Assembly (NCBI GenBank): GCA_038212215.1
Contig: JBBQUT010000008.1
Span: forward strand, 82,854-106,853
Reading direction: 5' to 3'
DNA from: Mycobacteriales bacterium
GTDB lineage: Bacteria > Actinomycetota > Actinomycetes > Mycobacteriales > Jatrophihabitantaceae
Length of the DNA stretch: 24,000 bases
Position numbers and translations under genes: made by a program. Below are positions 7,603 to 15,054 of the stretch, in pieces (positions within the stretch are counted from its first letter, which is position 1; every line of letters begins with the position of its first letter). The notes below the pieces were generated by a model. The model was not told where the DNA came from. It was given only the letters and a program-made list of their open reading frames with translations, and did not search any database.

Positions 7603-8922
7603 TCACGCCAGAGCGATGAGAACGCGCTCGATCGCCGCGACGCCGCGGTCCAGCTCGCCGGCTTCGATCGTCAGCGCCGGACGAACCCGCATGCTGGACG
7701 TGCCGCAGCCCAGGACGAGCACGTGCTCGTCCGCAGCCAGCCGGCGGACGGCCTCGTCGCGCAACTGCGCGGTGGGCAACGTGAACGCGCACATCAGCCC
7801 GCGACCGCGCACATCGGTGACGATTGGTAGCCGGGCTGCGATCCCGTGCAGCGAGGCGAGCAGGTGCTCGCCCAGATCGCTCGCTCGCGTGATCAGGTCG
7901 TCGGTCTCGATGACCTCGAGGATCCGCCGCGCGCGCACCATGTCGGTAAGGTTGCCGCCCCAGGTGGAGTTGATCCGCGAGGACACCGCGAACACGTTTT
8001 CGGCGATCTCGTCGACACGACCGCCGGCCATCACACCGCACACCTGGGCCTTCTTGCCGAAGGCCACGATGTCAGGCTGCACGCCCAGCTGCTGGTAGGC
8101 CCAGGCGGTGCCGGTCATGCCGACGCCGGTCTGTACCTCGTCCATGATGAAAAGCGCGTCGTAGTCGCGGCACAGTTGCTGCATCGCCTGCAGAAACTGC
8201 GGCCGCAGGTGATTGTCGCCACCCTCGCCCTGGATCGGCTCGGCGATGAAGCAAGCGATGTCGTGCGGGTTGGCCTCGAACGCCGCACGCGCGGCGTCGA
8301 GCGCTGCTGCTTCAGCGGCCTCGACGTCGGCCGTGCCGTTGATCGACGGCGACGGGATGCGCGGCCAGTCGAACTTCGGGAAGCGGGCAACCTTGTTCGG
8401 GTCGGTGTTGGTCAACGACATCGTGTAGCCGGTGCGGCCGTGAAACGCCTTTTCCAGGTGCAACACCTTGGTGCCGAGTGCGGGGCTGATGCCGTGCGCC
8501 TCGTTCCAGCGGCTCTTCCAGTCGAAGGCGGCTTTGAGCGCGTTCTCGACCGCGAGACCGCCGCCGTCGATAAAGAACAGGTGCGGCAGAGCGGGATCTC
8601 CGAGAACTCGCGCGAACGTCTCGACGAAGCGCGCCATCGGCACGGTGTAGATGTCGGAGTTGCTCGGCTTGTTGACCGCCACCCTGCCGAGCTCGGCGAC
8701 GAATTCCTCGTCGCCCGCGAGATCGGGATGGTTCATGCCGAGGGCGGACGAGGCGAAAAACGTGAACAGGTCGAGGTAGGTCGAGCCGTCGCGCGCGTCG
8801 ACCAGGGTCGAGCCCTGCGAGCGGTCGAGGTCGAGCACCAGGTCGTAGCCGTCGGCGAGCATGTGTCGCGCGATGGCGTCGTGGACATCGGTTGGGGCGA
8901 TATCTGGCCGCGTCATCGTCAT
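7603..8922 (-). CDS. lat: L-lysine 6-(epsilon)-aminotransferase, class-III PLP aminotransferase (439 aa)
   Basis: The N-terminus is HDAIARHMLADGYDLVLDLDRSQGSTLVDARDG. The PLP region is LFIMDEVQTGVGMTGTAWAYQQLGVQPDIVAFGKKAQVCG. An Lrp/AsnC gene lies immediately upstream on the same strand, as for lat-lrpA (Rv3290c-Rv3291c) of M. tuberculosis. Confidence 0.88.
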   Translation of the reverse strand: MTMTRPDIAPTDVHDAIARHMLADGYDLVLDLDRSQGSTLVDARDGSTYLDLFTFFASSALGMNHPDLAGDEEFVAELGRVAVNKPSNSDIYTVPMARFVETFARVLGDPALPHLFFIDGGGLAVENALKAAFDWKSRWNEAHGISPALGTKVLHLEKAFHGRTGYTMSLTNTDPNKVARFPKFDWPRIPSPSINGTADVEAAEAAALDAARAAFEANPHDIACFIAEPIQGEGGDNHLRPQFLQAMQQLCRDYDALFIMDEVQTGVGMTGTAWAYQQLGVQPDIVAFGKKAQVCGVMAGGRVDEIAENVFAVSSRINSTWGGNLTDMVRARRILEVIETDDLITRASDLGEHLLASLHGIAARLPIVTDVRGRGLMCAFTLPTAQLRDEAVRRLAADEHVLVLGCGTSSMRVRPALTIEAGELDRGVAAIERVLIALA

Positions 8923-8928
8923 CCCGTC

Positions 8929-8950
8929 ATTCTACCGGAAGAATTCCGGT
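8929..8950 (-). promoter_or_regulatory. Candidate lat promoter -10 box (TAGAAT) with an overlapping 7-3-7 inverted repeat operator; possibly a leaderless start
   Basis: The minus strand reads ACCGGAA-TTC-TTCCGGT-AGAAT-GACGGG-ATG. The inverted repeat ACCGGAA/TTCCGGT spans 8934-8950. TAGAAT (8934-8929) ends 6 nt before the lat ATG (8922), and there is no convincing SD. Confidence 0.35.
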
Positions 8951-8960
8951 CTCTGCACCG

Positions 8961-9449
8961 CTAGCCGGAAGTTTTACGGTTGATCAGCCCGGGAAGCACC
9001 GGCTGGGCGCGGCGCTCGAAGAACGACTGCAGCACGACGGTGGTGCGCGTCGAGACGTTCGCCCGCTTGCGAATCTCGCGGATGAGCGCCTCCAGTGCGG
9101 TCGGCGATTCGACTCGAACGAACAGTACGAAGCTGTCCTCGCCAGCGACGGAATGGCACGACTCGATCTCGCTGAGCCCGCGCACCCGCTCCGGGATGTC
9201 GTACTCGTGTGCGGGATCGAGCGGGGTGATCGCGACGACAGCGGCGAGCGGCAGCCCGATCGCCTCGGGATCGACGTCAGCGCTGTAGCCCCGAATCACG
9301 CCGTCGGTCTCCAGCCGCCGCACGCGCGCCTGGACGGCCGACACGGAGAGCCCGGTCGCCTTCGCTAGCGTCTTGAGGGTGGCGCGGCCGTCCGCGACGA
9401 GCAGCGACGTGATCCGCAGATCGGTGCCGTCGTCGAGCTGCCTGGTCAC
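8961..9449 (-). CDS. lrpA: Lrp/AsnC-family transcriptional regulator (162 aa)
   Basis: The HTH is DLRITSLLVADGRATLKTLAKATGLSVSAVQARVRRLETDGVIRGY, followed by a RAM/AsnC_trans_reg domain. I shortened the start to GTG 9449 (VTRQLDDG), which is preceded by AAGGA and lies 10 nt after the gpx stop. The ORF-track start at 9539 would overlap gpx. Confidence 0.85.
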   Translation of the reverse strand: MTRQLDDGTDLRITSLLVADGRATLKTLAKATGLSVSAVQARVRRLETDGVIRGYSADVDPEAIGLPLAAVVAITPLDPAHEYDIPERVRGLSEIESCHSVAGEDSFVLFVRVESPTALEALIREIRKRANVSTRTTVVLQSFFERRAQPVLPGLINRKTSG

Positions 9450-9459
9450 GGTCGCGTCC

Positions 9460-9951
9460 TTAGGCGAGGACGGACTCGATGGCGGCGCGCACCGCAGGAT
9501 CGTCGGGTTCGGTCCGCGGGCGGAACCGGGCCACGACACGTCCGTCCGACGAGATCAGGAACTTCTCGAAGTTCCACTGGATGTCGCCGGCGGCGCCGTC
9601 GGCATCCGGCGTGTCGGTCAGTTCGGAATACAGCGGATCACGCTCAACACCGTTGACCTCGAGCTTGCTCGTCATCGGAAAGCTCACCCCGTAGGTCGCC
9701 GAGCAGAATTCGGCGATCTCCGCTGAGGTCCCCGGCTCCTGCCCGCCGAACTGGTTGCACGGGACACCGAGGACGGTGAAGTTGCGCCCGGCCAGTTCCG
9801 CGTGCAATGCCTCCAGCTTCGCGTACTGCGGCGTGAGCCCGCAGCGGCTGGCGACGTTGACGACGAGCGCGGCACTCCCGCCGGTGAGCGCGCCCAGCGT
9901 CGTCGGTTCCCCGGCAAGGGTGTGCAATGGGAGTTCGAGAAGATCAGTCAT
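9460..9951 (-). CDS. gpx: Glutathione peroxidase (Cys-type), 163 aa
   Basis: LVVNVASRCGLTPQY (catalytic Cys motif), VLGVPCNQFGGQEPG and WNFEKFLISSDGRVVARF are canonical GPx signatures. I shortened the start to ATG 9951. The upstream 115 codons in the ORF track have no GPx similarity. Confidence 0.9.
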   Translation of the reverse strand: MTDLLELPLHTLAGEPTTLGALTGGSAALVVNVASRCGLTPQYAKLEALHAELAGRNFTVLGVPCNQFGGQEPGTSAEIAEFCSATYGVSFPMTSKLEVNGVERDPLYSELTDTPDADGAAGDIQWNFEKFLISSDGRVVARFRPRTEPDDPAVRAAIESVLA

Positions 9952-10002
9952 ACCCTCGAGCTTAGGCGGGGGTGGCCGTGCAGCGGATGCGACGATCACC
10001 AC

Positions 10003-10386
10003 ATGAGCGATCCGTCCAGCCTGTTCACCCGACTCGCCCCTGTCCTTCGGGTGAACGATCTTGCGAGCGAGCGCGCGTTCTACGAAAGCCTCGGCCTGGC
10101 TGTCATCTATGAGGGGCCGGAGTACCCCGACTTCGTTGCCTTCGCGACGTCGTCGGAGTCGGTGCACTTCGGCATCGAAGCGAGTGCAGGCGAGATGGAT
10201 CCGCCCACCGTGCTGACCTTCCAGATCGGCGTCAACGACATCGAGGCGGCGCTCGCGCGGTGCGCCGAGGCCCAGCTCAGTTACGAGCTCGAGCACAACG
10301 ATCCGGCACCGGGCTGGTCCTTCCGCCGGCTGCTGCTGCGCAGCCCTAACGGGTACCGGGTCGCCCTGGAGGGCCCGCGCGAGTAG
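10003..10386 (+). CDS. VOC/glyoxalase-bleomycin-resistance family protein (127 aa)
   Basis: LAPVLRVNDLASERAFYESLGLAVIYEG...FRRLLLRSPNGYRVALEG is a typical glyoxalase-fold beta-alpha-beta pattern. The start was set to ATG 10003. Confidence 0.7.
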   Translation: MSDPSSLFTRLAPVLRVNDLASERAFYESLGLAVIYEGPEYPDFVAFATSSESVHFGIEASAGEMDPPTVLTFQIGVNDIEAALARCAEAQLSYELEHNDPAPGWSFRRLLLRSPNGYRVALEGPRE

Positions 10387-10390
10387 GTGC

Positions 10391-10427
10391 TTGCACGCAC
10401 GTTCGATATCAGTTTATAGTCATCGCA
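10391..10427 (+). promoter_or_regulatory. Candidate sigma-A-type promoter giving a leaderless alkB-like transcript
   Basis: The layout is TTGCAC (10391-10396), an 18-nt spacer, TATAGT (10415-10420), 6 nt, then ATG (10427). There is no SD. This is a locally AT-rich patch in an otherwise GC-rich window. Confidence 0.4.
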
Positions 10428-11059
10428 TGACAGTCGGCTTCCAGGCATCGCTGCTCGATCTCGATGCCGACCGCGGTCCCGGTCCGCTAGTCGGCGCTGT
10501 CCGCCGCACCCCGCTGCCCCGGGGCGCGTGGGTGGATCTCTGTCCCGGGTGGCTGCGCGGTGCCGACGCACTGTTCGAACGGCTGCGCGACGGTGTCGCC
10601 TGGCGCGGCGAGCGACGCCAGATGTACGAGCGCATTGTCGACGTCCCACGGCTGCTGGCCTTCTACGATTGCGCCCAGCCGCTGCCCGATCCGATGCTTG
10701 CCGAGGCAAAGGCGGCGCTCGACGAGTACTACTCCCCCGAGCTCGGCGAACCTTTCGCCACCGCGGGCCTATGCCTGTACCGCGACGGCCACGACAGCGT
10801 CGCCTGGCACGGCGACCGCATCGGACGTAGCCGCACCGAGGACACCATCGTCGCCATCGTGTCGATCGGCGCCCCGCGCCCGCTGCTGTTGCGTCCGGCC
10901 GGCGGCGGCCCGACGAAGCTGCGCCACGACGTCGGGCACGGCGACCTACTGGTGATGGGTGGCAGCTGCCAGCGAACGTGGGAGCACTGCATCCCGAAAA
11001 CCTCGCGCCCGACCGGGCCACGGATCAGCATTCAATTCCGGCCGCACGACGTACGCTGA
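10427..11059 (+). CDS. alkB: AlkB-like Fe(II)/2-oxoglutarate-dependent dioxygenase (210 aa)
   Basis: The sequence contains CLYRDGHDSVAWHGDRIG (the HxD iron ligands), GDLLVMGGSCQRTWEHCIP (distal His) and PRISIQFR (2OG-binding Arg). Confidence 0.8.
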   Translation: MTVGFQASLLDLDADRGPGPLVGAVRRTPLPRGAWVDLCPGWLRGADALFERLRDGVAWRGERRQMYERIVDVPRLLAFYDCAQPLPDPMLAEAKAALDEYYSPELGEPFATAGLCLYRDGHDSVAWHGDRIGRSRTEDTIVAIVSIGAPRPLLLRPAGGGPTKLRHDVGHGDLLVMGGSCQRTWEHCIPKTSRPTGPRISIQFRPHDVR

Positions 11060-11064
11060 ATCCA

Positions 11065-11096
11065 CCGCCTTCGAAAACTCAGCCGCCTTCGAAAAC
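11065..11096. repeat. 14-bp direct repeat (CCGCCTTCGAAAAC) x2, period 18 bp, spanning the antiporter stop codon
   Basis: The copies lie at 11065-11078 and 11083-11096. On the minus strand the repeat reads GTTTTCGAAGGCGGC-TGA-GTTTTCGAAGGCGGT, so the last codons (VFEGG) are duplicated after the stop. Confidence 0.8.
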
Positions 11097-12542
11097 GGTG
11101 CGCAGCACGTCCGCGCATTCCTCGTCACCCAGCACGAGCACCTCGTCCCCGGCGTGCAGCCGGGTCGCGGTTCGCACCAGCACCAAGCCACGCTCGCGGA
11201 CCACGAAGCTGATCCACGCGTTTTCCGGCAACTCGGTGAGCTCGCCGATGGTGCGGCCGTCCGCCGGTGCCCCGAGCTGGATCGTGTAGCGGTGCACGCC
11301 GTGCGGTTCGTCACGCAGCCGGACGCCGAGCGACCACGGTTCGGGTTCCACCGGCCGCATCGGCACCTTCAACAACTGCGCGACGCCCGGCGTCAGGCTG
11401 CCCTGCACGAGCACCGAGAAAACCACGACGACGACGACGATTCCGAACAGCCGTTGCGCATCGGGGATGCCCGCGGCCAGGATCAGTTCCCCCAGCAGCA
11501 GCGGCACCGCGCCCTTGAGGCCCGCGAACAGCACGAAGAGGCTCTCCTTGCCGCTCAGCCGCGCAGGCAGCAGGCAGAGCCCCACGAACATGGGTCGGAT
11601 CACGAATGCCACCGCGACGGCAAGCACCAGGCCCGGAACCCACACGTCAGCGCGCGAGATGACCGACAGGTTGACCGTCAGCCCCAGGACGACGAACGCG
11701 ACGATCTCGGCCAAGCTGGCAAGCGCGGAGTGGAAGCGTTCGATCTCCAGCTTGTACGGCGCACGCTCGTCGCCGAGGATGATGCCCGCGACGAAGACCG
11801 CGAGAAATCCCGAACCGTGCGCCAGGGTCGCTGCGCCGTAAAGCAGCAACGCGCAGGCCAGCGTTCGCAGCGGGTACAGGCCCTCACCAGGCAGGCTCAC
11901 CCGACGCATGAACCACAGCAACGCACGTCCGCCCACCACACCGACAAGTCCACCCACCACCATCTGCAGCAGGAACTGCAGCCCCACGTCGCCGAGTGCG
12001 CCGATACTGAGTTCGCCGGCCGCGATCAGGCTTGCCATCAACGCGATGCCCACCGGATCGTTCGCGCCTGACTCACCCTCCAGGATCGTCGCGCTACGGC
12101 CGCTGATTTCCCGAGGGCCGAGTACCGAGAACACGACGGCCGGATCCGTCGGCGCTATCGCGGTCGCTACGAGCAAGGCGGGAAACCACGACAGCCCCAC
12201 TGCGACATGCAGCAGGACGGCTGCGCCTGCGGTGGTAAGAAAGGTGCCGAGAACGCCGACGACGACGATCGAGCCGGCTGCTGAACGAAACCTACCCAGC
12301 CCGATGCGCATGCCGCCGTCGAAGAGGATGCCCACCAGCGCCGCGGTAAGGATGTTCTCCACCGTCTGCACCGGCGGCGCATGCAGTTGCGGGACAAGCT
12401 CCTGCGCGATCGCGGACGCCACCAGCACCAACAGCGGCACCGGCACCTTCAACCGTTCGGTGAGCCGATTGGACAGCACCGCGACCAGCACGACCGCAGC
12501 CGACAGCAGCACGATCAGGGCGAAGTGGCGGGCTTCGTTCAT
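11079..12542 (-). CDS. Cation:proton antiporter (CPA1, NhaP-type Na+/K+:H+ exchanger) with a C-terminal TrkA-C/RCK_C-like domain, 487 aa
   Basis: There are about 12 TM helices with ESGANDPVGIALM (the conserved exchanger motif). The C-terminus YTIQLGAPADGRTIGELTELPENAWISFVVRERGLVLVRTATRLHAGDEVLVLGD is RCK_C-like. Confidence 0.88.
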   Translation of the reverse strand: MNEARHFALIVLLSAAVVLVAVLSNRLTERLKVPVPLLVLVASAIAQELVPQLHAPPVQTVENILTAALVGILFDGGMRIGLGRFRSAAGSIVVVGVLGTFLTTAGAAVLLHVAVGLSWFPALLVATAIAPTDPAVVFSVLGPREISGRSATILEGESGANDPVGIALMASLIAAGELSIGALGDVGLQFLLQMVVGGLVGVVGGRALLWFMRRVSLPGEGLYPLRTLACALLLYGAATLAHGSGFLAVFVAGIILGDERAPYKLEIERFHSALASLAEIVAFVVLGLTVNLSVISRADVWVPGLVLAVAVAFVIRPMFVGLCLLPARLSGKESLFVLFAGLKGAVPLLLGELILAAGIPDAQRLFGIVVVVVVFSVLVQGSLTPGVAQLLKVPMRPVEPEPWSLGVRLRDEPHGVHRYTIQLGAPADGRTIGELTELPENAWISFVVRERGLVLVRTATRLHAGDEVLVLGDEECADVLRTVFEGG

Positions 12543-12600
12543 CGGGTCTCCGGGTGGCAGGCTCCGACCCTACGCGACCGCGCTACGAGGCCAAGTCCGC

Positions 12601-13659
12601 TCAACAGATACGCGGCAGTTGCTCACCCAGCGGAATGTCGACGACCCTGGTCGCCCCGAACGCGGTACCGGCCACCACCATGCCTGGGTGCTCGTCGACG
12701 CAGGCGCCGATGATCGCTGCCTGCTGCCCGAGCGGATGTGCCCGCATTGCAGCCAATACCGCCTCGGCGTGCTCGGGCGCCACGATGGCGACGAGCTTGC
12801 CCTCGTTGGCGACATACATCGGATCGAGCCCGAGCATCGCGCAGGCATTCCCGACCTCCGGCGGCACCGGGATGGCGCGTTCGGTGAGGTGGACACCGAC
12901 CCCGGCGGCTTTCGCGATCTCGTTCAGCGAGGTCGCCAACCCGCCGCGCGTCGGATCGCGCAGCACGTGCAGGTCGGTCGTCACGCGCAAAAGATCGGCG
13001 ACCAGTGAGTGCAGCGGTGCGGTGTCGCTGAAGATCTGCGCCTCGAACTCGAGACCCTCGCGCACGCTCATGATCGCGATGCCGTGCTCGCCGATCGCGC
13101 CGCTTACGATCACGACATCTCCGGGACGCGCCCGCTCGGGCCGGATGTCAACTCCGTCGGGCACCAGCCCGATGCCAGCCGTGTTCACGTACACCTGATC
13201 GCCGTGACCGGCGTCGACGACCTTCGTGTCCCCGGTGACGACAGCAACCCCCGCCTGCACGGCAGCGGCGCCGAGGTCCTTGGCGACACGAGCGATCACC
13301 GCGAGGTCGGTGCCCTCCTCCAGTACGAATCCGCAGGAGAGATAAGCAGGAACCGCGCCGCTCATCGCAAGATCGTTGACGGTTCCGTTCACTGCCAGAT
13401 CGCCGATCGAGCCGCCCGGGAAGAACAGCGGTCGCACCACGAATGTGTCTGTGGAGAAAGCGATCCGGACGCCGCCGAGTCGCACGACGGCGGAGTCCGC
13501 GAGCCCGCCCGGAGCTGCACCGAATGCCGGCAGGAACAGGTTCTCGATGAGCTCCGCGGACAGCTGCCCGCCCCCGCCGTGACCCATGACCACGGTGGGG
13601 CTGTCGCGAAGCGGCGCCGGGCACGTCCACCCGTCGATGTCGAGCACGCTGTCAGCCAA
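12601..13659 (-). CDS. hypE: Hydrogenase maturation protein HypE (carbamoyl dehydratase)
   Basis: The AIR-synthase-like fold is indicated by [51 protein letters not shown] and [10 protein letters not shown], plus the diagnostic C-terminus PRIC. The listed start at 13659 is TTG, and GTG at 13647 is an alternative. The gene overlaps the hypD stop by 8 nt. Confidence 0.93.
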   Translation of the reverse strand: MADSVLDIDGWTCPAPLRDSPTVVMGHGGGGQLSAELIENLFLPAFGAAPGGLADSAVVRLGGVRIAFSTDTFVVRPLFFPGGSIGDLAVNGTVNDLAMSGAVPAYLSCGFVLEEGTDLAVIARVAKDLGAAAVQAGVAVVTGDTKVVDAGHGDQVYVNTAGIGLVPDGVDIRPERARPGDVVIVSGAIGEHGIAIMSVREGLEFEAQIFSDTAPLHSLVADLLRVTTDLHVLRDPTRGGLATSLNEIAKAAGVGVHLTERAIPVPPEVGNACAMLGLDPMYVANEGKLVAIVAPEHAEAVLAAMRAHPLGQQAAIIGACVDEHPGMVVAGTAFGATRVVDIPLGEQLPRIC

Positions 13660-14767
13660 CGGGAGTCACCTCGCGCTGCGTGTTCAGCCGCCGATAGAGG
13701 TAGTACGCGGCGCAGGCACCTTCGCTGGACACCATGGTCGCGCCCAGCGGTTTGCGGGGCGTGCAGGTCGTGCCGAACGCGCTGCACTCGTGCGGCTTGA
13801 TCAGCCCCTGCAGCACCTCACCGCTGCGGCAGACGGAGGACTCCGCGGTGTGGATGTCGCTGACGTCGAAGCGGTACTCGGCGTCAAGGGCGCGATACTT
13901 CGCGGCTAATCGCCAACCGCTGTCGGGGATCGTGCCGATGCCGCGCCAGCCGCGGTCGGTGATCTCGAAGACGTCGTCGATCAGCTTGCGGGCGGCCAGG
14001 TTGCCCTCGGCGGTGACGGCACGCGGGTACGCGTTGTCGAGTCGCGCTTCACCGGCTTCGAGCTGGCGGACGGTGCGGCGAATACCTTCCAGGATGTCGA
14101 GCGGCTCGAATCCGGTGACAACGATCGGGATGCGGAATTTGTCGACGAGAGCGGGGTACTCCTCGATCCCCATCACGCTGCACACATGACCCGCGGCAAG
14201 GAATGCCTGCACGCGGCAACTGGGCGACTGCATGATCGCCTCGATCGCCGGGGGCACGCGCACGTGCGAGACGAGCATGCTGAAGTTCGCGATTGCGAGC
14301 CGGTTGGCCTGGTAGACCGCCATCGCATTCGGCGGCGCGGTGGTCTCGAAACCGATACCGAAGAAAACCACTTGTCGCTCAGGGTTCTCGCGGGCGATCT
14401 TCAACGCGTCCAGTGGCGAGTAGACAACACGCACGTCGCCGCCCTCGCTCTTGACGCGGAACAAATCCCGCTCGCTGCCGGGCACCCGCAGCATGTCGCC
14501 GAACGAGCAGAAGATCACGCCGGGACGGGAAGCGATCTCCAACGCCTTGTCGATCAGCGCCAGCGGCGTGACGCACACCGGGCAGCCCGGTCCGTGAATC
14601 ATCTCGACTTGATCGGGCAGTAGCTGGTCGATCCCGTGCCTGATGATGGAGTGCGTCTGCCCGCCGCACACCTCCATGATCGCCCAGGGCTTCGTCACCG
14701 TCCGGCGGATGTCGTCGAATAATCGCGCCGCAAGATCCGGGTCGCTGAACTCCTCGAGATACTTCAC
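13652..14767 (-). CDS. hypD: Hydrogenase maturation protein HypD ([4Fe-4S] scaffold), 371 aa
   Basis: The sequence contains [30 protein letters not shown] and a C-terminal Cys cluster, [26 protein letters not shown] shortened the start to GTG 14767 (VKYLEEF), which forms a GTGA overlap with the hypC stop. Confidence 0.93.
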   Translation of the reverse strand: MKYLEEFSDPDLAARLFDDIRRTVTKPWAIMEVCGGQTHSIIRHGIDQLLPDQVEMIHGPGCPVCVTPLALIDKALEIASRPGVIFCSFGDMLRVPGSERDLFRVKSEGGDVRVVYSPLDALKIARENPERQVVFFGIGFETTAPPNAMAVYQANRLAIANFSMLVSHVRVPPAIEAIMQSPSCRVQAFLAAGHVCSVMGIEEYPALVDKFRIPIVVTGFEPLDILEGIRRTVRQLEAGEARLDNAYPRAVTAEGNLAARKLIDDVFEITDRGWRGIGTIPDSGWRLAAKYRALDAEYRFDVSDIHTAESSVCRSGEVLQGLIKPHECSAFGTTCTPRKPLGATMVSSEGACAAYYLYRRLNTQREVTPVG

Positions 14768-15054
14768 CGCGGTGCCTCCTCGCCCGCCTCGGCCGCCGCC
14801 TGTGCCCACGCGTCGCCGAATTCTTTGTCTAGTTCACCGAGTTCGCGAAAGTGCGCGAGTGTGTCCATCGCCGACTGCTCATCCAAGCGCTGCAACGCGA
14901 ATCCGACGTGCACGATCGCGTACTCCCCCACCTGGATGTCGGGCACGAACTCGAGGCACACCTCCTTCTCGACACCGCCGAAGTCCACCGTCGCCATGCG
15001 GGTCTGGTCTTTCTCCCAGATCTCGCACACTCGGCCGGGAACGGCTAGGCACAT
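14764..15054 (-). CDS. hypC: HypC/HupF-family hydrogenase assembly chaperone (96 aa)
   Basis: The N-terminus MCLAVPGRV has the essential Cys2. The OB-fold signature is [21 protein letters not shown]. The gene overlaps the hypF 3' end by 10 nt. Confidence 0.92.
   Translation of the reverse strand: MCLAVPGRVCEIWEKDQTRMATVDFGGVEKEVCLEFVPDIQVGEYAIVHVGFALQRLDEQSAMDTLAHFRELGELDKEFGDAWAQAAAEAGEEAPR

Noticed and set aside
10959-12071. A 370-aa plus-strand ORF, with similar long ORFs at 11908..13008 and 12554..13198.
   Set aside because: These are antisense to the antiporter and hypE genes. Their translations are low-complexity Arg/Ala/Pro/His-rich sequence with no recognisable domain. Long stop-free antisense frames are expected at this GC content.
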